A DNA stretch of 64,000 bases from assembly GCF_009914755.1 (NCBI RefSeq), contig NC_060931.1. One strand, written 5' to 3'. Below are positions 46,841 to 60,866 of this stretch, piece after piece (position 1 is the first letter of the stretch; each line of letters opens with the position of its first letter). The DNA comes from the human T2T-CHM13v2.0 reference genome, Homo sapiens. Made by a program: the position numbers and the translations under genes. The notes below the pieces were generated by a model. That model was not told the DNA's origin. It was given only the letters and a program-made list of their open reading frames with translations, and did not search any database.

Positions 46841-49389
46841 AGAATTCTTTATTTAGTATTTAGTCTAGTTTTAAGAAAGTCTTCTCTCACCTACCACTAT
46901 TGAAGTTTTATGGGAACACAAATGATATTATAGTCTAAGTGAAAGACATGTTCACAGTAGGCTTACAAGAAATATTTCATGAAAAAACACTTTGTACTGT
47001 AAAATTTGTACATAAGCCATTGATCATTTTTTCATGAGGGAAAATATAATGTCATAATTCGGATTGGTATTTTAGTGAAATGGAAGGTCGCTGTATGGCC
47101 TCTTCCTCATTCAAAGTTTGTGAAACTCTCTTCTCTTTTCTTTGAGGCTGTGTCTTGAGCAAAGTTTTACTGCAAGTTGGAACCAAACTGAGATCAAATG
47201 GCCACCAGTTAGTAGTGACATCTGGAAAGTCATCTTCTGTATTGGGAACTCACCTAATACCACTTGAAATTATATCCTTGTCTTTCATTCAAACTCTGAC
47301 CTCCATCTTTCTGATTGTAACATAGTCATCAAAACCTGCTAATTGCTCATCTTCTTGTAAGTTATTTATGTGGATGACCTCAGCGAATCTTCTCAAACAT
47401 TCTATGAGGCAGGTACTATTATTATTCTTTCTGTGTCTACCCCTTTGTCCTCTAGCTATTTTTTGGAGAGCTGATAAGTGAACTTGAAATCTGACTACAG
47501 GGACTTTTCTAATAACCAGATAACTTTATTTCTCTCTTCTTGATATATTTGTTTTCTGTGCTCCTGCATCTAGACTGGGTCGTGATAAAGCTGAGTCCAG
47601 CTGTAGGGCCAGACAGAGCCTTCCTCTCCACACAGCATTCTTAGCATTGTGGAGCTCGGCTTCAGGAAGCATTTTCCTTACTTAATAGAAGCTGTTGCTC
47701 CTCTTCATGGGAAGTCTTGGCAATGCCAGTGATCTAAGGTGATGGAATCTGTTGATCCTACATGCAGCAGCAGTCGGTACTGAAATGAGTAATATTTTAA
47801 TAATTTTTTTTTGCCCTTTCTTCTTCCAGTTTTGCTATTCAAGGTGATGTTTCTTAGTCTTCTGCTCCTTAATTAGCACCTGTTGACTAAATGGATCAAC
47901 AAACCTATCCCACTTGTGACTTACTCTCCTGGACACGAGTCTTGTTTTATAGTCTAGCTTAGCAGACTTCCCACTGGTTTCTGTCATGATACTGTCCATC
48001 TAGTGAACACTTTTTTTGTTATAATTTCCTCCCTCTAAACTTCATACTGTTAAGTAGTTTCTGGAGTGCAGGATTTTTTTCTAAAGTCAGAACAGTGGGA
48101 AATGAGTTAATAAAGCTTCTACGTTCCTTGGAAAGACCCCTGAGAGATACTTAACCAGTTGCCTGCTGTGTAAATGTTATTGAGAATGAAAAACAAAAAG
48201 TAAATTTACAGCTTCTGTTGTGTCCACATCCATTCCAAACTAGATGCACCATAACAAAAATAACACTTAGAACTTTAATTGTACTATCTGTGAAAAGGCA
48301 CCAGTGTGATTTATGTAATAAATTGGATACTAAAAACTTTCTTATGATATCATGCATTTAAAAATTAGGAAATGACAGCCCTGAAGGTAAATGTAACTTG
48401 AATGATAGCATTTTCCCAAAAGAAAGCATTAGTTTTCAAATAAGTGTACTTTTACCAATTTACCAGTAAACAGATCTTGTCACAGAAATACATACTTATA
48501 AAAACTTTGGACATATTTGAAAAATAAGCAGATTTTCTTAAACCTCAGTTTTTGGGTGGTCTTATTTTCCTCTTCTCTATAAGCAAACCTTTGCCCATCA
48601 AATAGATATGTACTTTTTAATGAAAATATCATATGGTAATTATATTACCCATAAATTTCTCCTATGGAATTTTCTAGTAAGTAGGTGTTATTGTCACAGA
48701 AATACTTATTTGTAAAAACATAAAGTAAATTAATCATTATATGCTCATTGAGTAAACATAGCTGAGTAATAGGTTGCAGTCATTTTTAACACAATTTAAC
48801 AAATGTTTGAACGATCTATAATTTTTATTCATGTGTGATTTATGGCATCCATTTTAACTAATGTAAAGGGTAGATGATGAATATTAGTATCAGTCAATTC
48901 CAGACTTCAACCTTAATACACATAAAAGTGACTACCAAGCATTTTCTCCTAATTAAAAAAAAAGCAAATTTTATTTATTTTCAATGAAATTTTAGCTTCT
49001 AATAGTCTTCAAAAGCTATGTAGTTATTATAATAATGTTGCCATCCCTCTAAAACATTCTCAGGCTGCTTTGGAATCACCTTAAGCATTTATTTCTGAAA
49101 ACCTATTCATGTACTCCCTAAGCATAGATGAACACAATGGCCTCATTTGTTAAAGCTGTTTACTCCTTGTTTGGTAAAGCTGAGCTCACAAGTCAAAACC
49201 GGCCTGCAGACATACGGTTTTGGGCACCATAGTGTTTTCTAAAGGGATTTTAAGACCATTAGGCACATCTAGCTCAAAGGTAATTGTCTTATACCTGGCA
49301 CACTTCATTTTAAACTTGCTTAATCTCTAGAAACCTATGCTTTAGTTATCCCTAAACAAGCTGAATATTTAGTTTACTTTTCTGCATCT

Positions 49390-50335
49390 CATAGTGATGT
49401 CTAATAGGCATCAAAATCACTCAAAACTGTGCTCTTAATCTTTGTTCATAAACCTGTTCTGTTTCAGTTTTCTCCACCTCTGTAAATGGCCGCTCTATTC
49501 CAATTACTCATACTGTAAAACTTGGAGTTCTCTTTGACTCAATCATCAGCAAATCCTGTTGCCTTTATCTTAAAAGTATGAGCAAAATCTGCTACCTGCT
49601 GTCCCGAGCCCCTATAGCTGTCACCTCGCTTTACTGGCTTATCACAGTGATCTTTGAATTCATCTCCCTTTTCCACCCTTCTTTGCCTATAGCCTGCTCT
49701 CAGCACAATGGGCAGAATCATCCTTTTTTAAAACACAGGCCAGATCATTTTACCCTCTCCTTATGACCTTTCAATGCTCCCCATTTTACTACTAAAGAAG
49801 TCACATCCTTGAATCAGCCTTTAAAGTCCTATACAACAGGTCCTTGGAATGTTTCTGACCCACCCCATGCTATTTCTCCTTCATTGCCTCTGCTTTAACT
49901 GTGCTCTTTGTTTAGCACACTGGGAACAGTGCTGCCCCAGGATCTTTGCACTTCCTGTTCCTTCTGCCTGGAATGCTCTTCTCTTACTTGCTCACATGGC
50001 CACTTGTCTCCTCTTCTTCAAAATATTGCCCAAATGTCACCTTCTTGATGAAGCCTTCCCTGACCGCCCTAAAGTAGAAACAGCCTGCCACCCACCTCTC
50101 TACTCCCTAACCCTCTTTTCTACTAATTTAATTATTTTTTCATCCAAAACTCTTACCTCTCCTAATATGATATGTTCTTTATTCATTTGCTTATTGTTTT
50201 TTATAAACAACATAAACTTGAATATAAACTTGATTATAAACGTGAAAGTTCAAATAATTTTGTCTGTTTTTTTAACTGCCACATCTTTGGACACTGAATG
50301 AGTACCTGGCATGCAGACACAATCGTATATTAAAG
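49390..50335 (+). mobile_element. L2 (L2a-like) 3' portion
   Basis: aatcatcagcaaatcctg...tttgcacttcctgttccttctgcctggaatgctctt...caaatgtcaccttcttgatgaagccttccctgacc...agtacctggcatgcaga. Confidence 0.85.
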
Positions 50336-51849
50336 ATAGGTGTTTCTTTCCAAAACTCCTAACAATCCTAGAAAACTAAAATATACACCACTACTAGTAT
50401 TCAAAACATCTTGTTTATGCATGGCTTCAAGCTTTGACCTAATTTGTTTATATATGTCCCTATATTCAGTTACTGTTTTCATAAACTTTATTTATAACCC
50501 CTTAGCTTTCATCCTGTGTCTTCATCCTTGTGGTTCAGCAATGATATCTAGTCTATATCTTGGTATATAAATAATAATTGAATTTTTATGATATTTCAAT
50601 ATGTTAAGGTCTCCTAAAGTTGAATATTGTAATCTTAATCTTTTATTTATCTCGTGTCTCCTGTGATTCATATATTTGAAAGTAAATTTTAATTCTTTCT
50701 CCAAAAGTGTGTTGACCATACCAGTCCCTATCTTTAAAGACATGAGATAATTTTTCAATATTTATTGTGCATCTGTAATTGATACCATTGGCTTATTTTC
50801 TTGATTAACTCTTACTACTTTAGATTTCTCTATCTAAGGCATTCATGGTGCTTTTTTCACTCTTTATATATCCTCAGTGTACCACATTCCTTTCTACCAT
50901 AAATATTTCTTTTGAAAAAAAAACTCTCTGTACCCTCTGTAGATGTCACACTGTGTTCTTTCTGATGTCTCCATGACCCCTATGTGTTCATGGATATTTA
51001 TTAATTTTATATAGTGACTGGACACTCCAGTGAATTCTCACCAGCCATTTCGACCCCCCACCTGCCATTCCAACTCCCCATCCCTAAATGAAATCAGCAG
51101 AGAGAAGATTAAGGCCAAGGCAACAAAATTATATGAAAAGGTATGTAGGTGGTCGCAGAAGGGGTCAGAGAAGGTAAGTGGTTTCCTTGAACATTACCAA
51201 TGGGTTGGATTCATCCATTAGAAGGATTTTCAACTGAAGGTCATGAAGCCCAAAACAACAACCAAAGGTTATATTATACCAATGAAGGGTGTAAGAGTTC
51301 ACAGACATAAAGGCTGGAGATTGTAGAAAGCCAAGAAAAGTCAAAGTGCTGGAACTTATCATTTAAAGAAAAAAACCTAAAATATAGAAAACCAAAAAAG
51401 ATTAACTAAATAATCTGGAAGTCCAAGGACAAGAGCTACACAGTGCAAATGAATTTGGAAAGCAATTATGAAAAACTTTCCTTTAGGATGTATGATCTTC
51501 TTGAGAGCTGTATACTCTTTTACCTATTCTGAAAAGTACCTTAAGCTAGCAGAGTCCATGATTTTCTGACAACAATGAATTTTATACATTCTTGCTATAT
51601 GAACACTAATAATATAATGTTAGGTTATTCAGTTTTGTGTGCATGCTTTGCAATTTTCAACAAGATGTTCCATTATTCGATCTGTCTATCTTGTTCTTGC
51701 TTACTCAGAGATTTCTAGGAATGCAATCTATACCCTGTATAATTTAACTTTTAAGTCACGTTGTGTTAGACAAGAGTTATGCCTTATCTTCTCACTAATA
51801 ATAAAGTGTCCTAGGATTAATTTTATTATTTAGTGCATAGTTCCCTAGT

Positions 51850-52872
<1,023 letters not shown>

Positions 52873-52951
52873 CTCACCTACAGGCATACTGACTGAATGT
52901 TCTTTACTCCTATTCCTTATGTTATCTTTAACTATTACAGTAGTTGCTGAG

Positions 52952-53679
52952 TGTTATGGAGTGCATATCTGTGTCCCTTCAAAAACGTCATAAAACGCAT
53001 ACCCAAGGTGAAGCCAACTCTAAAACTGCCTGTCCTAGATACAGTTTTTGGAAACATGGCATTGGAGAATTGAGCCTAAATGGATAAAGAATTACTGGCA
53101 TAATTTTTGTACATTTCCCTAAGGCCCTATAAATACTATAAAATGAAATACAGAAGTTAATAAAAAAAATTAAAAAAATCAAGAGTCAATTGAGTTGGAA
53201 ATGACTTCAAGACAGAGTTGATAACAATATATGCTTTATCAAAGAGTCTATTCAGTGATGACTGAATCAGATTTATACTGATCCATGAATTTGAGGTACA
53301 ATCAAGATGAAACCCTCACCTCCAATGGGTCAGTGGGTCTGAACCTTCACCTGTGGCTCAGGTGATAGCATCCAACGGGATGCTAATACGTGGTGGGACC
53401 TTTGGAAGGAAATTAGATTCAGATGATATCATGAGAGTGTGGTCCTCATGATGGGATTAGCACTCCTATAAAAAGAGAAGGAGACTAGAGCTTACTCTCT
53501 GCTGTGTGAGGATATGGTGAGAAGATACTGTCAACAAGCTGGAATGCAGGCCCTCTCCTGACACTGGATCTGCCACTGCCTTGATCTTGGATTCCCCAAC
53601 TCTGAACTGTGAAAAAGGAATGTTATTGTTTAATTCATTAACTCTATGGTATTTCTTCATAGCAGCTCAAACTAAGACA
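52952..53679 (+). mobile_element. MLT1A-like solo LTR, interrupted at 52984-53304 and 53330-53370
   Basis: tgttatggagtgcatatctgtgtcccttcaaaa | tgaaaccctcacctccaat | ...cctcatgatgggattag...ctatggtatttcttcatagcagctcaaactaagaca. Confidence 0.85.
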
Positions 53680-54897
53680 CCTATTTGTAAAGAGAATGTG
53701 ACTGTTATTTGTCACCCCGTATAAAGACAGTTACACAGTTTAATGATTATTTCCATATTTTTCTAACTGCACATTAGCTGAGGCATAATTTTTCTTGTAC
53801 ACATTCTTTTTTAAAAATGTTCTCTTTATTCTGATCGTACCTCAAATTCATGGATCTGTATAAATCTGTATGATTCAGTCATCACCAAATAGACTCTTTG
53901 ATAAAGCATATATTGCTATCAACTCAGTCTTGGAGTCATTTCCAATTCAATTGCCTCTTGATTTTTTGTATGTTTTCTATTAACTTCTCATTTTATTGTA
54001 TGGCATTTATAGGGCCTTAGGGAAATATACAAAAAAAGTAATTATGCCAGTAATTCTTTATCTATTTAGGCTCAATTCTCCAATGCCATGTTTTCAAAAA
54101 CTACATCTAGCACATGCAGTTTTAGAGTTGGTTTCACCTTGGATATACCTTTCATGACATTGAAATTATATAAATCTTTAAATAAGCTTTTTGTGTTATA
54201 TAGACCTCGCTTGTTTCTGTCAACAGTTGGCGTATGCTAGTTTGACCCCTACATTGTCCAAGTTATTAAATAACTTGTAGAAGATCACTGAATAGAATAC
54301 ATGCTTGTAGAAAAGAAATGCACATCAAGTAAGATTCTAGTAGTTTTTCTTTCCCTTATGGTTAACAGATTTTAAGATATTATCTCTCATCAAATAATCA
54401 TGTTGAGAGCTTACATTATCTTTTTATATTATCTCTTTCTATTTGCTTACATAAGCTAGTCTACATGCTGCTAAGAAGAATGTGGATAAAAGATCCAAAA
54501 TACTTGGTAATAAGTATTCATTGGAAATGAGTGTCACTGTGTAATATTGCCAACTTTTTCTAGTTTTGTTATTTCCATGTACACACTGAACACTTAGAAA
54601 ATTATATGTGTAACTTTAAGTATTTGTTCACATATCATTACATACATATACAATTGTATATCAGCTGTCAACCTGCTATGATGTTTTCTGGTGTTAAAAG
54701 GGACTCAGTTTCTTCTATGTCATGTGAAGAAACATGCTGTCATCCATCAGACTGTTTTACATTTACATAATAAATCATGAAATTCCAGACAGTGTTCACT
54801 CATTTATGGTTGGTCATTCCTTGATGTTAATGGAAGACAAGGCTTATGATAATATTTCACTTCTTTAAGTTCTGTTGGTTAAAAATATTCCTAACCA

Positions 54898-55143
<246 letters not shown>

Positions 55144-55396
55144 CTAGCCATGTTAAAAATTACTTTGGCGTTTTAAAAATGTTTAATTTTGATATACTAT
55201 GTCACAGGAACAAAGAGTTTATAAAAGAATTTGTATTTTTTTAAGTAAAAGAACCCTTATAACCAAGAGCCAATTAGAGATGTTCTTCTAGCAGCATATA
55301 GACTATGTAAGCTAGTGTGAATTTGGGATATTTTTTGTCATTCTTTAATTTCTATTCTTTACTTAGTTTTTCCTGTTTTTAAAACTTATATGAATA

Positions 55397-55684
55397 GGCC
55401 GAGTGCAGTGGCTCATGCCTGTAATCCCAGCACTTGAGGAGGCAGAGGCAGGCGAATCACCTGAGGTCAGGAGTTTGAGACAAGCCTGGCCAACATGGTG
55501 AAACCCCGTCTCTACTACAAATACAGAAATTAGCCAGGTGTGGTGGCGGGTACCTGTAATCCCAGCTCGAACCCAGGAGGCGGAGGTTGCAGTGAGACGA
55601 GACCAGGCCATTGCACTCCAGCCTGGGCAGCAGAGGAGAGACACTCTATCTCAAAAAGAAAAAAAAAAAACAAAAAAAAACAAA
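55397..55684 (+). mobile_element. AluS with ~30-bp right-arm deletion
   Basis: cccagct|cgaacccagg junction; TSD aaacttatatgaata on both sides. Confidence 0.92.
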
Positions 55685-55789
55685 GAAACTTATATGAATA
55701 GAAATATAAAGTCGTTCCTATTGTTTCTGGCTATTGTCACACATTATCTTTGTCAGATGAATGTTTGAATTAATTAATAAATATTTTCT

Positions 55790-57260
55790 ACTATTCTATT
55801 TCCCCCATCTTTTTGAATGTTATAACTTCACTTTCTATTATTTTAGTGGTTACCCTAAAAATTAAAACATGGATATTTAATATGTCAAAACATTATCAGT
55901 CTCTTTACTCACCTCTTAGATATTTCAAGAACTTTAAAACACTTTCTAGATTTACATTATAGTGTAAAATATATATTCTAGATTTTTAGTCTTACAAAGT
56001 TATATTTCCTATTTTATAATTATTTGTTCATTTTTATCAACATAGTCACCCACTGTTTCCCATTGCTTCTAGAATCTCAGAAGGAAACAAAATCCTTTAG
56101 AATTTCCTCTACTTAATGTTTCTTGATTTTTGTTTGTCTGGAAATACATTATAATCTGTTGCTGATTTTCCTAGTTCTTGAATTATTTGCCAGTCTGTTC
56201 TGCTGGCTTTCATTCTCTTTCCTTAAATAGTTGGCCGTTTTTTATTCGGCACTGATTATGATGCTGAAATAATTATTTGTGTGAATTCTTTGAAGTCTAT
56301 GGTGAAGGTCCTTTCCTTCATCAAGAATTTTCATTAGATTCTCCTGGGTACCTGGACTCACAGTCATTATTTTAGATGCAAATAGCATAATAGTCTTAAG
56401 GCTATTCAGGCGTGCTGTTCTTTGTAGATATTATATCACAATCTGTACTTTTATCCCATTCATTAGATTTCCAAAATTTTACATAAAGTTCACAGGATTC
56501 TCATTAGCTTTTTAATCTGGAACGAATCTAAAGTTTTGCCTCCACTTGAGCCTTCTCCATTTTTTTCTTTATCTGTCTCAATGGAGATTTGTCTTATCTT
56601 TCCAGAGAATATGTTCTTAGACTCACTCATTCCTCTCATCAGTTTTCTATTTTAGTAGACTGTAATTTTTTTCATAAGTTTCATAAAATCTAATTTTCTC
56701 ATAATTTCCTTTTCTCTGCCTTCTTTGTATTACCTTTCCTTTATTTCAGTAGAGTATAAATTTTTTCATAAAATCTAATTCTTTCATAGTTTCCTTCTCT
56801 CTGCCTTCTTTGTATTGACTTTTCATTTTTGTTACTTCTTAAGATGAATTCTCAACTGATACTATATTCTTTATTTTTAGTATAAGTAAAACAATAAATT
56901 TCACTTAAATCTTCTCTTCCGTTGCATCTCACAAGTTTTGTTATGCAGTACTTTCATTATTGTTTAGTTATGTTCAGTATCTTTTGATATCCACAATCAA
57001 GTTTTATTAGTCCAGGTATGTTTTTAAGTGATTTTTTACGAATTTGTTGCACGCACACACACACACACACACACACACCAATGTTTATTAGTGATTTCTA
57101 ATATAATTGCATTATAATCAGAGATATTCTTAGACATTTTAGAGACTCGCAATATAATTTATTATATATCCACTTTCGTAAAAGTTCCATATTTTCTGGA
57201 GCGGACTGTATATTTCCTAATTGTCGGCCAAAGAATTATTTATATATCTTTAGATCTCAA
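55790..57260 (-). mobile_element. Highly degraded L1M fragments
   Basis: ttttagtggttaccctaaaa...gcatctcacaagttttgttatgcagt...gatttctaatataattgcattataatcagaga. Confidence 0.5.
57051..57079. repeat. (CA)n microsatellite
   Basis: Directly visible. Confidence 0.9.
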
Positions 57261-57312
57261 AAGTTTAGGTGTGAAGTTTATTTTTTATTGTAGGATCAAA
57301 CAAGTTAATTTA

Positions 57313-57382
57313 GTTCACAACCAGCCTGGATGACATAGTGAGACCCGGTGTATACAAAAAGCACCAAAACAAACACACAAAA
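57313..57382 (+). mobile_element. Truncated Alu monomer (FLAM-like) 3' fragment
   Basis: gttcacaaccagcctggatgacatagtgagacccggtgt plus A-rich tail; TSD-like aagttaattta / aagataattta. Confidence 0.7.
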
Positions 57383-58240
57383 GATAATTTAACATGGTGA
57401 CCACTCTCCAATGCATTGTTTTAATTAGTTTTTCTTAAAAACCAACTTTCTCCTGTTGCTTTATTTTTGTAAATGTCTTTATTGGAGAGAGGCACATCAG
57501 CAAGGAAATAGGGCCACATCCTATTGGAGGGAATTCCGAGTTCTAAAATGCACCTCTACATTGGCAGAGAAATGACAACCAGTTAATGAAAACGAGTGTT
57601 TGGCAGCTGTTGTCTCCTTTGCCTGAGGCCGTTCTCTAGTGTCACAGCAGGGTAAAGATGTGTGAAAAGTTGTATGACCAGATGGCCATGAGATCCAGAA
57701 TGCCTAGAAATAAAAGTTCTAATTGATTCTGCAAAAGAGAACTTTTAAAATTGCTATAAGGCTAGTCCCAGCATGATCCAGTACATGATTAAAGAACATA
57801 ATAATATTAAATAACAGCAAAACTCAAAGCAGGAAGAAAGATTGTCCCATGCTATCATGTGACTCATCCACACAACAGAAAAGGCAAAACACACTCAGCA
57901 AATGGAAGAATTTACCACCCTTATTCTGGCCACTCATCACCTAAATGAACCTAAGCCATTCCATCTCAGGACTGTGCCAGTTATCACACTTCCGGCTCCA
58001 GTTAAGAGAATGGTGGGCAAACACTGGTTAAACAATAGAGGGTTTTTGTAAATTATCATTTTTAAAAAATTTTATGAGAAGCCTGAAAAGTGGGAATCCT
58101 AGATTTGGTTAATGCCATGGACCATTGGTGTTAGACACTTTACTTTTCACTCTACCATCTGTAATGGGCTAACCTTTGCGGTCAGGTCCTTCCAGGCATG
58201 GTTGATCTCACATAGCCACATACAAGGATGAGGAAAAGCC

Positions 58241-58250
58241 TTTCTTTCTT

Positions 58251-58287
<37 letters not shown>

Positions 58288-58359
58288 CCCCTCCTCCTCT
58301 GTCCCCCTCCCTCCCTCCCTTCCTCTCTCTTTCTCTCCCTCCTTTCCTCTCTCTCTCTG

Positions 58360-58392
<33 letters not shown>
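58241..58392. repeat. Polypyrimidine (CT)n/C-rich tract followed by (CA)n
   Basis: Directly visible. Confidence 0.95.
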
Positions 58393-58394
<2 letters not shown>

Positions 58395-59499
58395 TATACA
58401 CCATCAGTGAGAAGTATCATGCCAGAATCCCTAACAGATTTTATTTTGGATCTTATTAGTCAGGATTAGTCACCATGTGCTAGCTACATAGAAGCCTGGG
58501 CAGGGAAGTCTGTGACAGGTTCAGGGTCATTCTGGACAGCTGGTCAACTCTCTAAGCACAGAAGGAGGTAGAGGACAATTGAGTAGGGCATCCCTGAGGA
58601 TATTCTGAAGAATGTCAGTTGAGTTGTGTTGGGTTTGGTTTTCTGTCTCCCTGCAAACAGTGGCAAGCCTGGAAACTTGCTTTAGCTCTTAAATAGTACT
58701 TTTGTACTTACTTGAAATATAGAGTGTCTAATATTTTGAGGCATTTCAATGATGGCAGCCTTGTTCTGTAGATGTTACAGAGAGATAATGAAACACTCCC
58801 ACTGCTTGGTTCCTGTCCTTTTCCTCTGCCCACGGCCCGGTCAGAGCTGGAAGGGTCAGTCTGAGAGCAGGAGCAGCTCTGGCTACTGCAACCTTTGGGC
58901 AAATCACTTAACCTTTTTAACATGGAAGTCTTCATTAAAATAAGGGCATGCATGTATCAAGGGCATTGTTTGACTTATGTGATTATCTCGCAGTTGCTTT
59001 TGCCAATCACATCTTTCTAAATACAAAAGAGTTCCTCTTATTGCTGAAGCACCCAGCTAAAACAGAGTTGGTATTTCTCACAACTCATTCAGTGTAATTA
59101 AAAACAATTAATAGATACCTACTATGTATAAGATGCCAACATGAATAGATCATAGTTCCTTTCCTTGGGGACCCACAGTAGAGATACAGTTATTGAAATG
59201 TAAATCAATACATTAAAATGCAAAACTTGTGGAAGGCAGAGAAGTAGCAGAAAGGAGGGATGCTTTGCTGAAATTAGGTCACAAGTAGTAACTTGCTGAG
59301 TTTAAGGACTTTTGGACTATGGTCTATACATCGGAAAAAAGTATGGGAGACTTTGAATACTTTCTAACCACGTTAAATACTTTATAACCAGGTTATTTTA
59401 TAGACACAAAGTAAAGGATATTTTATAACCATGTTAGAACTTGAAAAAGCACTTGCTATTTTGGATTTAGTTTATTCCTTCTTCTTTTGTGACTCTTTA

Positions 59500-60665
59500 T
59501 TTCCAGCATCGTATTGGATATCTTCTCATGAAGATGGCATAGGCCTTTCAAACTGACCATGTCCAGAACCAAACTCATTCTCTGTCTCCCCCAAGCTAAA
59601 CGTGTCTCATTTGTTTTTGGTGCAAGTTACTGACATGACCATGAACACAGTCACCAAATAGAAACTAAGGTTTGTTCATGAGACTTCCCTCTTCCTCTCC
59701 TACTACACACATCCACCAGCATGTACGATGAATTCTATAGTAAATCATTTCTCAAAATCGTTTCTGACTTTTCTTTCTCGCTCCCTTACTCTAAGTCAAG
59801 AATCAGCAGTCTGTTTTTCCATAAAGGGCCTAATAAATATTCTCAGTTTTGGAGGCCATATGGTCTCTGTCAAAATTACTCACCTCTGCCATTGTAGCAC
59901 AGAAGCAGTCGTAGACAATATGTAAATGAGGGAACATACTTCTGTTCCTCAAAGTTATTATTTCTAACAACAGATTGCACTTGGCTTAAGGGTCATAGTT
60001 TGCCCATGCCTGATTGAGGCCCTCCTCAACTTTCACCTGGATTAATATTGCAGCATATCTCTAATTGGTCTTTCAGGTTTTAATTCTGCTCTACAATCTC
60101 GCCTTTGTATTTACCTGCATAAATAACAAATCGAATTCATACTGTCTGTATGAAAAGAAATCATTGCCCATAAGAAAGTGATATTTCCTAGCTTGTCACA
60201 CGTGGTCGGTCCTTGCGGACTTAGATTCGTGTGGCTCTTTGTGGCTTCCTGTTCCAGCCCTTGTTGCTTCCTGTAGTCCTCAGAAATTCTGTCCCTTGCC
60301 TCTCCCCAAACACAGTAACATCTTCCGTATTTCCTACATGGTTGCAGTTGTCACCTCAGTGTATGGGTCACTCACTTATATGTGCATACTCTGTGTGCAT
60401 GAGAGTGTGCGATTTGCTACAGATTTTAATTAAAAATATTATAGTCATATGCATGATTATATTTGTGTGTACTTAAATATATATGGAAGAAATGGACAAT
60501 GACGTGTCCATGACAACAGAGATACTGTTTCCGTGCATCTGTATTTGATAAATTCTTAGTCATCTTTTAAGACAGAGCTATTTTGTGAAGCCACACCACA
60601 CGTCCTTGGGGCAGTCATTGTCTCTCTGAGCACCCTTTGCACATCAGTCGTTTCTTGTCTATCAC
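59500..60665 (+). mobile_element. L2 fragment, interrupted by MER58A and a local duplication
   Basis: tcaaactgaccatgtccagaaccaaactcatt...tttcacctggattaatattgcagc...tcatcttttaagacagagc. Confidence 0.7.
59797..60012 (+). mobile_element. MER58A
   Basis: taaagggcc...aggccatatggtctctgtc...ctctgccattgtagcacagaagcagtcgtagacaatatgtaaatga...gtcatagtttgccc. Confidence 0.88.
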
Positions 60666-60668
60666 TTG

Positions 60669-60866
60669 CAGTGGTGTGCTGGAGCTTGCTTAGACTGGCT
60701 CAAGAAAACTGATGGTTAAATTTTCAGGAATTCCGTGAGTCGCTTGTTAAATTTTTGTAACTTGAAATTAACCATGATGGGAGTATCTACAATAGCAGAT
60801 GCTACAAACCAGGATGTGTTTTTAGGGTTTATTTTGTTGGAGAACTGGTTGACCAGCACACCACTG
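60669..60866. mobile_element. MER63-like hAT-Blackjack MITE
   Basis: Perfect 14-bp terminal inverted repeats cagtggtgtgctgg / ccagcacaccactg. Confidence 0.85.

Noticed and set aside
47199-47217. CTCF-like tggccaccag
   Set aside because: Only the first half of the motif matches; the G-rich second half is absent.
47806-47850. Acceptor-like tract followed by a 14-nt segment and aag|gtgatg (micro-exon)
   Set aside because: Weak donor, non-triplet length, no supporting gene context.
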